In this document: positions 10,543 to 22,031 of the stretch, piece by piece | Position numbering within the stretch: the first letter of the stretch is position 1 | Layout of the letters: each line of letters starts with the position of its first letter | Made by a program: the position numbers and the translations under genes | Notes under the pieces: model-generated | Database searches by the model: none | What the model saw: only the letters and a program-made list of their open reading frames with translations | Told to the model about the DNA's origin: nothing | Origin: Callorhinchus milii | Taxonomy: Eukaryota | Direction of reading: 5' to 3' | DNA length: 64,000 nt | NCBI RefSeq assembly: GCF_018977255.1 | Contig: NW_024704743.1 | Span: 57,848,001-57,912,000 of the forward strand

Positions 10543-10912
10543 ATCACACTGGGCACCCACCGCACTGGGCACCCATTATACTGGGCACCCACCGCACTGG
10601 GCACCCACCACACTGGACACCCAACACACTGGGCACCCACCACACTGGACACCCAACACACTGGGCACACACCACACTGGGCACTCATTATACTGGGCAC
10701 CCACTGCACTGGACGCCCATCATACTGGATATCCATCACACTGGGCACCCACCACACTGGGCACCACACTTGGCACTGATCACACTGGGCGCCAATCACA
10801 CTGGGTAGCATCACATTGGCCAGAAATCACACTGGGCAGGCATCACACAAGGCACCAATCACACTGGACAGGCATCACACTGGGGAGGTATCGTGCTGGG
10901 CACCCATCACAC
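10543..10912. repeat. Minisatellite, about 16-bp unit (CACACTGGGCACCCAC)
   Basis: Roughly 23 contiguous degenerate units with no unique spacers. Confidence 0.95.
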
Positions 10913-11062
10913 ATTAGCACCATGGCGTCAAGAATATTTCAAATCAACTTAGAAGATCTATAAATATTCTGTTTGTACTATATAATTTACTTGTAAAATA
11001 GACAATATTTCCAAGACATATACGTGATCTCCTCTATTCTTTACGTCTCCTCTATTCTTACG

Positions 11063-11316
11063 TCTGCCCCCACACTCTGGAACTCCATCCCATGGTCCCT
11101 TCGCCTCATTTCCTCCCTTGCCTCCTTCAAGGACGGTCTAAAGACCCTTCTCTTCAGCCATGCCTTTGCTCGCCCTCCAACCTCTCTGCCTTCTGTTACC
11201 CTCACACCACCCCTCCCCCATGCTCGGGCCGCGACACCTGACTGTTCAGCGCTTTGGGACGTCCTCCCGACGTGAAAGGTGCTCTATCAATGTAATTTTG
11301 TTGTTGTTGTTGTTGT
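11063..11316 (+). mobile_element. L2 3' end
   Basis: APTLWNSIP...LKTLLF, then the same 3' UTR as the copy at 452, then (TTG)n. Confidence 0.9.
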
Positions 11317-12038
11317 CTCAATTTTTTTTATCAGGATCTAATCTGCAATAATCGCAAACCAGGTTTGTTGCGTTAATTGTCACCTCCCCCTCCCACCCAT
11401 TGCAAATATCAGAAGCTGTTTGACTCATGATATTTGCAACACGGCTAATTGCGAATCCCAGGAAAATATGAATAAATCTTGCATTTTACATAGCACCTTT
11501 CACATCAGGAAGTTTTCTCAAAGATGAGAATGCTGCCACGTGAGTCAAGTTGACAATTGCAAAGTTAATGCATCATCATTAAAAACTCCTCCAACGTACA
11601 GCTTGAAGTTTCAAAAAACAGAGTGGCATTTCACCGTTTGTGTAGCATCAATAGCTTTAGGGAAATCAAATTGATCCATCACAAATAGTTTGCTGTTAAC
11701 ACAATCCCACTGGCAATTACGCTTGTTGCAGGTCTCCTCTGACCACACACAATGTTGTGTCCTATGGAATATTTGTTCATTTCAGCTTGAATCTACCCCT
11801 TTATCAGCCAATATTGCTTTCAAGCAAATACTGATTCGATTTGTTCTTTGAGGGAGTTAGTCAAGACAGTATTAATTGCTTTTGCTGGGAGTCTAACCCA
11901 CTATGTATTAATCTGCAGGAAAATAAATCTTTCTAATCTCTTGCATTGCTTGAGGTTTATTCATTTGAAACCCATCTCCTCTCATGGCCCAAGACAAATA
12001 GCCTGCTTACATCATCTAAGTGTCTCATCATTTTAAAG

Positions 12039-12076
12039 GTTTGGATCTCGTACTTCTCCATCTCCTTTTCTCCGGA
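12039..12076 (+). CDS. Candidate exon P8
   Basis: tctcatcattttaaag / GGA|gtaagc; 38 nt; open in all three frames, so the reading is ambiguous. Confidence 0.4.
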
Positions 12077-12154
12077 GTAAGCACATACAGGTCTGCTAAG
12101 CTCTCCTTATATATTGTTACCAGAAAAATGAGTTTCATAATAATCATTGTAATT

Positions 12155-12265
12155 TAATAATCCTTGCATTTGATATCACGCCTTTTCACGTCTTCGAGAA
12201 GCTTCAAAGCGCTTCACAAAGTATACTGTAAAGTGAATTGACTGTATATTTTGTGGGTGAAACGT
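12155..12265 (-). mobile_element. SINE 3' fragment
   Basis: (taa)n tccttgcatttgatat...aaagcgcttcac...aagtgaattgactgtat. Confidence 0.85.
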
Positions 12266-12589
12266 GTCTGTGCTGTTGTATCCATTGAGTCATTTGGTGT
12301 AACAGAATCCACCCAAGCTATTTTCTTACTGTAGCTGTTTGTAGCTCAAGTGTTTGTCATTTTTAATGTGGATTATTGAAGTAAAGTGTTTTGCTCAATC
12401 GCAGCATATTCTTTATAAAATAGGATAAATATAAATGTACATTTCATTTCTTTTTTTAAAAATCCACTGTTTTTGTAATTGGTTTGTTGTTGTTTTCTAA
12501 ATAAAGGATATGTCATTTGATGAGCCTTGAGATCAACTTGTCCTATGATGCGGACGACTCTCTGTTCTACCCTATGATTTCCCACACAG

Positions 12590-12638
12590 CTCGCTCCTGA
12601 TCTCACTAAGCCTGTCTGGGAGCCAGAAAGCCCAAGCA
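12590..12638 (+). CDS. Candidate exon P9
   Basis: gatttcccacacag / GCA|gtgagt; 49 nt; LAPDLTKPVWEPESPS in phase 0. Confidence 0.45.
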
Positions 12639-12659
12639 GTGAGTTGAGTCCAACACAGC

Positions 12660-12830
12660 ATTTAAAACGGAAATTGGATAAATATTCAAGCAAAAAAAAC
12701 ATTAAAGGTTATGGGGAATGAGCAGGGGAACAGGATTATAAGAGATAAATCCAGTGGGGGAGCTAGGATCAGTACAGACATGATGCGCTCAACAGTCATT
12801 TTTGGTGGTGTAAAATTTTCATGACTGTGT
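12660..12830 (+). mobile_element. CR1-type LINE 3' relic
   Basis: FKTEIDKY-like end and ggttatgggg...acagacatgatg 3' UTR. Confidence 0.65.
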
Positions 12831-12939
12831 GGGGCAGAATTTGTGGTATTTCTTAGGGTGTTTTTTGCCTTATTAAGCACAAGGAACACTTTTAAGTAAC
12901 ACCTGAAATTTCTTCCCGTTCTTTAATTAAAAGTAAAAA

Positions 12940-13330
12940 TAATCCTTGCATTTGATATAGCGGCTTTCCTGTCGGGAGGCCATCTCAATGCACTCCACAG
13001 ATTTATTGTGAAGTGTTGCGACTGTGCCTTTTGTAGGCAAACAGGGCATCCAATTTGCACACAGCAATATCCCACATGTATCTTCACATTGAGTGTTATA
13101 GGCTTTTGAATGAACAGAGCATCACAGCTGAGCCTGATCCAGTCATTACCCCTGACGTCACACAAGCTCACCATCCAACAGGTTCTCAGGACAACGATCA
13201 GGAGATCCCAACCCATGAGTAAAGCCAACTGTAGCACCTGAATTGCTGCCCTGACAGAGATCAGCTAACTCAACACATTTAATCCTACAACTTTCTGGTC
13301 CTTATGGTTTAATGCTAGACCATCAGGAAG
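12940..13330 (-). mobile_element. Old SINE with L2-like tail
   Basis: atccttgcatttgatatagcg tail, Deu core caatttgcacacagca, degenerate upstream body. Confidence 0.65.
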
Positions 13331-13539
13331 CATAAAGTACACTTGTATCATGATCACAAAGCAATTTGTTTCTTTTCATCAGCAAAGCAAATGGAAAGCA
13401 CGGAACCCACATTATCTTCAGATAGGAGGACCTGGCTTTCATGAATTGTGAGCTGAAATTAACTCATAGATTTCAGATAATTGATCTGCCGTGACACTGA
13501 AACTGTGGATCAACAGTAATTAGAGCCTTTCTCCCCCAC

Positions 13540-13768
13540 TCTCCTGAATTCCTTCATCCTGGAGTCCCTCTGATGCCCTCCCTCATCTTTTTCAAAGTCC
13601 ATCTCAACGTGTACCTCTATGCCAGTGCTTTCATTCAACTTTCCATTCCCTATACTCCATGGCTCTCACCCCCCCCATCTCGAGTGCCCAGCTAGTAATG
13701 TTAATTGCTTTGGGACGTCCTTACAATCTGAAAGGGGTTGTATAAATGTAAATTTGTATTGCATTGTA
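13540..13768 (+). mobile_element. Old L2 3' end
   Basis: ttcaaagtccatctcaa...gctttgggacgtcc...gaaagg...tataaatgtaa. Confidence 0.65.
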
Positions 13769-14274
13769 ACTGCTGTAACTCATTAATGTGTCTCACTAAC
13801 TGCAAGAGTTGAGACTCAAGAGCTACACTTTCACCTCATAACCTCCGCAGGCACTACAGAAATCTGAGATGCCTTTTGGTACATTAAAATATCTGGTGCT
13901 CTAGTATCTTCTTGCTAGAAATCACCAAGTTATATACAATAGGAGTCTGTCTGTTAAGCGTGGAATGATAATCATTCTATTCCAAAGAAGATAGGTACTA
14001 CATCAAAATAAAGGACTTACTAAAGACTGAACACCTTTTCCTTGACTATAGGAAATCAAATCATTTAGAGAGATGAGCTCTTTAACCAGGAGTTTTACAT
14101 TGTGATTGGGTGATATGTGACAATTTAGCTTATTGTGTCCTTCATAATTTTCAGTAAATATTGTGCTGTCTGCAAAAGAATATGAAAAGTATCCTGAACA
14201 TTTCATTATAGGGACACATACTGTTAAATCAAGATGATATTTTAGGCACATGTACTGTCACACAAATATACCAA

Positions 14275-14545
14275 GATCTTTATCCACACCTTCATCATGT
14301 CCAGATTTGATTATTCTATCATCCTGCTTGCCGGACTCCCCAGTATCTCTCTCCACATGTTGCAGACCATCAGAACTGTGTTCTCTCTTACACCAGGCTC
14401 TGTGAACCTATTACCCCTATCCTCCCTCAGCTCCGGGGACTCCCCGTCTCACAATGGATTGATTTCAAGATCCTCATCCTCACATTCAAATTCCTCCATG
14501 GCCTCATCTCACCCTCCCTTTGAGACCTCCTGAAACCCTTCTGCC
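14275..14545 (+). mobile_element. Old L2 ORF2 C-terminal fragment
   Basis: SRFDYSIILLAGLP and IDFKILILTFK motifs. Confidence 0.8.
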
Positions 14546-14549
14546 TCCA

Positions 14550-14975
14550 ACCATAAAACCATACGATTTATAGCTCATCATGTCTGTGTTGGCTTGTAAG
14601 AGCAATTCTTTCAGACCCATTTACCTTCCCTTTCCCAGTATTCCCATAATTTACTCCTTTATAGATGTTTATCTAGGACCCTTTTGAAAGCTAATATGGA
14701 TTCTGCCTCAACCACTGCTTCTGGCATTCCATATTCTAACTATTCTGCACGTAAAAACATTTCCCTTAACCTCCCCATTTGCTTGTCCTAACTAAAATTG
14801 ATGCCCTCGAATCACTGACTTATTGACAAGTGGAAATAATTTCTCCCTATTGACTATGAAAACCCCTAATAATTAAAAAAAAACCTCTATCATCACTCCT
14901 TGACCCTCTTTGTTCCAATAGAAAATGTCCCAGTTCATCCACTCTCTGCTCCTGGGCCAAACTACTCATCCTACA
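14550..14975 (-). mobile_element. CR1-type LINE 3' relic
   Basis: Reverse complement of shark CR1 3' UTR and ORF end (cattccatattctaac...taaaaa). Confidence 0.7.
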
Positions 14976-16377
14976 TGTAAACATGACCTTATAAGAACAT
15001 GTAGTGCCATATAAGCAGACATTATAGGAAATTACAGGAACATGTATTGACACATAGTAATATCGCTCAAACATTCTTATGGGTAAGATTTTAAATATTT
15101 GTATAATATTGTATATTATAATAATTAATTAAAAAATATCCTTTTGTTTTCACAGATAAAGGTTTCGATCAGAATCAAAGGTTAAGTCTCACTGAGAAAT
15201 TATTGAGATTTTTAATTCCCTTATACTTATAAATAATCTGATGACATTTTCTCAGAGGCAATGATATCTCGATGGCACTCAGTAAATAATGTTTCCCTCT
15301 AAGATATGCAGTCACTACACTTAACAATATATAATTTGAAGTGTTTTGAGACAGCCTTGCAATGTGAAAGGCACTATATTCAATGTAAGGATTATTATTA
15401 TTATAAATCGCAGTAAAGTCTTCAAGTTCCTTCTGAGAGAGCTAATATTGATAACATGATGCTCAACAACCATAAAGAAAAGCTGACTCTCAGATCCCTA
15501 GTGTCAGAGGTTATGATAAATATAGAAACAAACTGGGCTCTTTGACTTGTCACTGATTGAGCAGAAACTATTTCTTATTTAGCCACAGAAAACAATGGAT
15601 ATGTTAATACCCATTTATAATCGGTTTCAGTAAATTACCTTGAATGCCACCAATGATCGTAAGAGCAGAAAATTTGTTTGTCCAGATCATAAGCGATGTT
15701 AAGTTTGAAGAAGGCTCTTCAGCCTATTTTATCCCTTTCTTTCAGAATATTATTTCAGTATTCTGGTATCAAAATAAGCAACACAGTTATTCTCTCATTT
15801 AAGAAACCATCAAGCTGTTTCTTAAATGAGTTTAGTACCCTGGCCGCAACCAGCTTTCTGGGAACACTTACTAGCTGTTTTCCTGTGCATGTATTTAGAA
15901 ATTTAGTAAGGTTCACAGTTGAGTATGTCAGTAATTGCCTGCAATTTAAAGTTTTTGTCACATTCATTATTTTACTCAATTATTCCAGTATTGTATATTT
16001 TATGAGTTAGAAACAGTGCACTTGGGATATCATGGATAAGACAACCATACGTTACAATGTTCCCCAAGGTACCATAATGCAGCCTTTTTTATTTCTTACC
16101 ATGAAACGCATACTTATAGCGGGATGATTAATAGTACAAAATGTTATTCTGTACTTCAGGGTTTCTCTAGGCTGCAACTTCTCTATCTAAACTTCAGATA
16201 GGTTATACTGGGTGCTTGGAATGATTATACCTACAGAATACACAGCTACTACACTTTACGGTAAATCCTGTGAAGCACTTTGAGACATTTACCCAAAATC
16301 ACTAATGGAGAATTCAATTTGCTTATAATTTGAGGTGGGACATGCAAGTCAGTTAACTACGTATTATTGTATATAAG

Positions 16378-16824
16378 AGCAACAACAACAACAAATTTAC
16401 AACAAATTACATTTGTATAGAGCCTTTCACATCAGGAGGACAAAAGCAACTTGAATTTATATTCTGCAGTTCACTTGAGGTAGAGACTTGGGAGAACTTA
16501 ACAATGACGGAGCTTGACGTCAAGCCGGGGAAAAAGGGGAAGTGACCGTAGACATGATCGAAGAGGAAGGTCTTCAGGTGTGATCTGAAGACATGGAAAG
16601 TGTGGGAAAGGTGGCGAGATTGATCCAGATTTTCATGGCAGAGTAGCTTACAACAACGATAAGATTACATTTGTATAGCGCCTTTCACGTCGGGAGGGCT
16701 TAAAGTGCAATACAAGACTGAGCTATACACCCTGGAGAAAGCCTTACAATATATCCTGTGAAGCGCTTTGGGACGTCCTCCCAACATGAAAGGCGCTCTA
16801 TAAATGCAATTTTGTTGTTGTTGT
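16378..16824. mobile_element. Cluster of four short L2/SINE 3' tails in mixed orientation
   Basis: (CAA)n-led tails near 16380, 16445 and 16650, plus a plus-strand tail ending (TTG)n at 16824. Confidence 0.75.
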
Positions 16825-18464
16825 ACTTGTTGATTCCTGCTCAGAGCTAAGTTATCTGGGGCAATGTTGAAGGCACTATAATTGTTCTGAACAAGGGGAG
16901 GAGATAAAACAGCATCAGGATTCCAGAACCATCTTTGTATTAAAGCTGGATGATGACCAATTCAGGCTCGACTGAAATACCATTCACAACTGAATATTGA
17001 TCAATACTCTTGGGTTTTACTGATATTAGACTTGATTTTTGCACTACCTCCCATTATAAATAAGATTTCTCATTTTCCTACAAAATACACCATCACTACA
17101 CTTTAGAATATATACTGTGAAGCACTTTGAGATGACCTCTGGACATGAAAGGCACTGTATCAAGTGTAAGAATTATCACAATGAATACTTTTAGCAGCTG
17201 GAGCATGCTTATACCACATTGTCTACAATGAAATACCAAGAATGGACACTCGGGGAAGCTATTAAGGGCTGCTGCCTCTGTCTGTAAAACCATACCCCAG
17301 CATAAGTCCTCCATTTTCACAGAACATCTGAAGAAGAATGCTTATCTTATGTAATAAATAAAACAAACACTGGGCAAAAAACAAATCGTGAACAGTTATG
17401 TATGCATCTGAGAGCGCTTTAAGATATTTTGGCAATGTGATAAGGCACTATATCAAATACAAGTTTTATAGCACTGTATATATCAGTGTGTACAGTTGCT
17501 GGGTTAACATTCTGAAAAACAGATGGCGGCATGAATCTTTTCAATGGTCCGCAGTGGATGAATACTGCAAATCACAGAAATCAACCAAGGGACACTTATT
17601 TGTGAACTAAATGTCTGAAATATATGAGATGAAGACTGTGAGCTTATTTGTATTAAACTTTCTTTGCACCATTGTCAAAAGTATAGTCATTTTTAATCTT
17701 CATTAAAAAAAGTTAGATATGCAAATGTATGTACATAAAAATCGTAACAATCTAAATTAATAAGCATTTAAAAATATTTAAAATGTGAAAATAATATTTT
17801 AAAATTGTCAATAAATACATAATTGGCAATGATTAAGATGGATATAGATGGCTCTTTCCAATTGTTTTGAGTCCAAAACAAGGGGCATACATTTAAAGCA
17901 GCCAGTAGCAGATCTGAAAGGGAGTTTAAGTGAAATGTCTTCATGTAAAGAGGGTGGTGAGAATGGGAGTTGCCGGAAACAAACCACTGCTGGAAGCTAT
18001 GGTCAAGCGGAAAGCATCAATCTATTTAAGAGGAAGGAAAGAGTTAATGTTAACCATGTGAAAGTGAGTGAAAATAAGATACTACTGTATGTAACTACAT
18101 CTGGTGACCAAGTATTATCAATGTTATTATATATTGAACAGAACTGTGATAGGAATGTGGGTTATTCCCACTAATCATCTGAAGGTAGGGAGCATTCTTG
18201 CGGTGGAAACGCTGATAACACATGTGCAGATGTGATTCAGATTTAGGGTATAGTTGAGGGTGTTTAAGCCAGTGTTGGTGAGATACAGATTTGACAACTC
18301 CCAGCAGCCGACTGCACACCCAGGAGATATGTTAACTGATCAATACTTATTTCCTGATTATCGCATCTTGTGGAAGTGGGTTTTTGCTCTTTGTATAATC
18401 ATTGACTGTGGAACTATAATAAAGGAAACAACTGTTTAACATTCAAATTGCACATGATTTGATC

Positions 18465-18660
18465 ATAATAATAATAATAATCCTCACATTTGATATAGCT
18501 TCCTATCACATCTTTGAGATGTCTCAAAGCGCTTCACAGAATATCCTGTAAAGTAAATTGACTAAATTGTATATTTTGTGGGCGAAAAGCAGCAGCCAAT
18601 TGTGCACAGCAGTCAGTGTCCCACAAACAGTCGTGGATTGAAGTGACAAAATGATTATTT
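18465..18660 (-). mobile_element. SINE 3' half
   Basis: (taa)n tail plus Deu core. Confidence 0.85.
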
Positions 18661-18718
18661 TTTTGTAGGAATTATAATGTATCATTGATTATTATTATTA
18701 TTTAATCATTAATTAAAT

Positions 18719-19077
18719 CAGCGTAGTCCAACCTTTTAGCTGCCGCGGCCCGTTTTCCCTATTTGGGAAATGTCCTCAGGCCGCATAAGCAAAATTTTGT
18801 GTTTCACTTTCAGCAACAATACATTTTCTCCTTTCTTCCCCCTCTCTTCCCCCCCCCCCCCCCCCCCAAGTCCCTCTCTCCCAATCAGCTGTGTGGGTCA
18901 CTATCTGCAGCGGTAGGATCAGCGGTTGCTAAGGACGCAGTGGATGAGGAGACGCACTTGGCTTTCAGGAAGCCCCTACCCCAGCTCGGAAGTTGGAATG
19001 TTTGAAACGGTGTCAGGCTGAATATAATCACACGCCGGGCTGAATGCGGCCCGCGGGCCTCCAGTTGGACTACACTG
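18719..19077. mobile_element. Non-autonomous hAT (Charlie/Buster-type) MITE
   Basis: TIRs CAGCGTAGTCCAAC / GTTGGACTACACTG (13 of 14 match), perfect 8-bp TSD AATTAAAT, subterminal gcggcccg motifs. Confidence 0.93.
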
Positions 19078-19627
19078 AATTAAATAATAAATACTGTACA
19101 ATGTTTCCTTACAAGAGGAGAGTCTATGTATACACAAAGGAGAAACGAATAGAGGGGTATTGAGGGAGGATTAGGAAGGGTGGGGGCCCAGATGGAATAT
19201 AAACTCTGGCACAGACAAGTTTGGCATAATGGCATGTTTCCATGCTGTACAACCTATGTAACTGTATCTAAAACTTGGTTTAATGTGTGTAACAAGATCT
19301 CTTGTTTAAATAAATATTTTGACCTGGGAGAATGAATGAGGCAGTTCCTGCTGAAGAGACACTTGAGTTTGCTATGCAGGCAATGTCGACAATCAACATG
19401 GTTAAATTCAAGATTTGGTTTCTTAAACCTGCTGCAGTTCAGTAAGCACAAGTTGAGTTGATGAAATCAAAAGTTCCAATGATATCTATCTGACAAAACC
19501 AGTTTCAGTGTAAATTCTTACGAGGGTAAAATCTGGAGAAAGTATCAGTTTATAGGTCAATGATGCAGCATCATTACTTGGCAGAATTGTTGATTTATCT
19601 CGAGTGTTAACTGACTGTCTTTAATAG

Positions 19628-19683
19628 TAAGGTCTTCTGAGACTGAGCAGGATGCACTTGACAGAAAGACAGGGCAGGCTCAG
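19628..19683 (+). CDS. Candidate exon P10
   Basis: CTGAC branch-like site, tgtctttaatag / CAG|gtaagc; 56 nt; RSSETEQDALDRKTGQAQ. Confidence 0.5.
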
Positions 19684-19872
19684 GTAAGCAGCACTGGCTG
19701 CCTTACTCTATTAGAGAAACAATTCACTGATGAGCTGGCCTTGTAGGTTAAAGACTTCAAAGATTATTCTTCCAGGACACATTCAGCTTCAAGTAATCTG
19801 CAGACTTTATTTTGAATTTCCTGAATGCTTTCTTATAATTAAAACCATTATCTGATTAGTTTGTGCTGACAG

Positions 19873-19958
19873 TCTCATGAGGAAGAAACAATTCTGCGCA
19901 TAATCTTTCAGCGTCTCTGCCAAAAACCTGATTGGAAGGTGGTCCCTGAGAAATACAG
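19873..19958 (+). CDS. Candidate exon P11
   Basis: tttgtgctgacag / CAG|gtaaca; 86 nt; SHEEETILRIIFQRLCQKPDWKVVPEKY, in phase with P10. Confidence 0.5.
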
Positions 19959-20989
19959 GTAACATTGATAAATGATAATACACCAAGTCTATTTTACAAT
20001 TCAGCCTAAGAGAGGCAGTTTATTCCTATTCTGCACACTAATGCATGATCAAGTAAGGCTTTGCAGAAGGGACATTTGGAATTATTTTGCTCCATGCGTT
20101 CCATGTTGCACATTTATTGACATGAGGAAAATGCAATTCTCCTACATTTGTCAAGTTCTGTACATTTATTCCTATGGCCTTCTAAGTAACTACAGTAATA
20201 AAAAATACCAAGCATATGCCATTATTAGGGTAAAGTGAAAAAATGTTTTAAAATTGTATTTCACTTTTTTATAAGCACAAAGTGACAATTTCACAAAATG
20301 TACCAAGCGAATAGTGCTTTGTCCACATCAATGAGCAGATTAACCTCCATCAATGAAATATGATTTTGCAATAGCTGTGCTTTTGACAAAGAGGTCATAC
20401 AATCCAAGGAAATCATTGACAGACGTTGTGCATCTTGGATGTTAAAAAAAATGTTATCATCCGTGCAGCTAAATGGAATATTTTAATACAATGCTTTCCA
20501 ATCAAAGTTATCCTCCATATTCCCTTGACTTGTTTTCTTCCGACTACATTGATATATTTCTGTTGGAGCCTTATTTTCACTTTGCACCAAAGCATTTCAA
20601 ATACAGAGTCCACCACCTAACAGTCGAGTCAATAATGGCTGGGATTCGGTTATCACATCAATCATTCATAGTGAGAAGTGATTTTTCTTTGTTCAGAATT
20701 AATGCAAAATTTCCACTGTGTGTTACATGTCGTGTTTCTGTAGAAAAACACACAGAATGAATTACAATTGCTTGGGCAGTGAGTCTAATATGTGATGATT
20801 TCTAACAGGATTCCTCAATGAGAACTCCGCCAGGGGAATCCTTATAATAACTGATGTACATCATGCAAATTCTTCTCCAGATGTAGATAGCACTGGAATG
20901 GAGTTCCCATGAATCAGCCTGATGTAATTCCTGTTTCCTTATTAAGGCATCAAGTTCGAAATTGCCTTGCATTAGACCCTAGCGAATCA

Positions 20990-21135
20990 TAATAATAATA
21001 ATAATCCTTGCATTTGATATAGCCCCTTATCGAGATGTGTCAAAGCATTGTTGAGTTGTCTCAAAGCACTTCCGGAATATATTGTAAAGTGGTGTAACTG
21101 TGTATATTTTGTGGGCGAATGTGGCAGCCAGTTTG
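20990..21135 (-). mobile_element. SINE 3' fragment
   Basis: (taa)n tail and gtgggcga...gcagcca core. Confidence 0.8.
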
Positions 21136-21159
21136 AGAGTCTTGTTTGAACCTCAACTA

Positions 21160-21843
21160 TCCTTTCTACCCCACATCCCACTCTGCCTTCCCCCATCTCT
21201 GCAACATCGCCTGGCTCCGACACTGTCTCACACGCAGGGCGCCGAGACCCTCATACACGCATCGATAACATCTAGACTCAACTATGCAAACTCCCTGCTT
21301 GTCGGCCTCCCGAACTCCTCCCTCGATAGGCTGAAGATCATCCAGAACTCTGCAGCTCGTATCCTCTCCTGCACTAGGCTCCGTGACCCTATCACCTCCA
21401 TCCTTTCCCAATTCCACCGGCTTCCCATCACACAGAGAATACAGTTCAAGATCCTGGTCCTCACCTTCAAAGCCCTCCATGGCCTTGCCCCCCCCCACCT
21501 CTGCAACTTCCTAACCCCCTACCAACCTCTGCTCAGCGGGCTCCAGCCTGCTTCACGTCCCCTGCCTTGCCCGCTCCATCATTGGCGGGCGGGCCTCCAG
21601 CCACTCTGCCCCCACCATCTGGAACTCCATCCCGCAGTCCCTCAACCTCGCCCTCTTCCTCGCCTCCTTCGAGATCCATCTCAAGACTCTCCTCTTCGAC
21701 CGTGCCTTTGATCACCCTCCTTCCCCTGCCCTCTATCCCCCCTGATCCCGACTCCAAGCTCGGGTCCAAAACACTGATCGTCCAGCGACTTGGGACATCT
21801 TTCCGACATGAAAGGCGCTATACAAATGTAATTTTGTTGTTGT
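21160..21843 (+). mobile_element. L2 ORF2 C-terminus and 3' UTR
   Basis: AETLIHASITSRLNYANSLLVGLP...IQNSAARIL...IQFKILVLTFKALHGLAP; (TTG)n tail. Confidence 0.93.
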
Positions 21844-22000
21844 AGATGGCCCTTTTCAAAATGCCTTTTTACATCCACTCGCTCCTGTTCAAAGACTAAT
21901 CCATTACGCTAGAAAAGAACTGATGGTGAAATACTAGCCCTTGCTCTTGGTAAAGCAGGTTCGGTTTGTTCTGATAAGGAATCAATAATTCTTTTAATAG

Positions 22001-22031
22001 ATTTTGCAAGATAGAAAAGCGCACAGGATGA
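22001..22031 (+). CDS. Candidate terminal exon P12
   Basis: Acceptor attcttttaatag; (R)FCKIEKRTG* in phase with P11; AATAAA at 22175-22180. Confidence 0.4.

Noticed and set aside
10543..10912. CRISPR-like array, and the Cys/Trp-rich ORF 10482-10814
   Set aside because: Units are contiguous with no spacers, there are no cas genes and the DNA is vertebrate. The ORF is a translation of the repeat.
20782..20854. Box C/D snoRNA (GTGATGA...CTGA)
   Set aside because: No convincing terminal stem or recognisable rRNA guide; motifs this short arise by chance.
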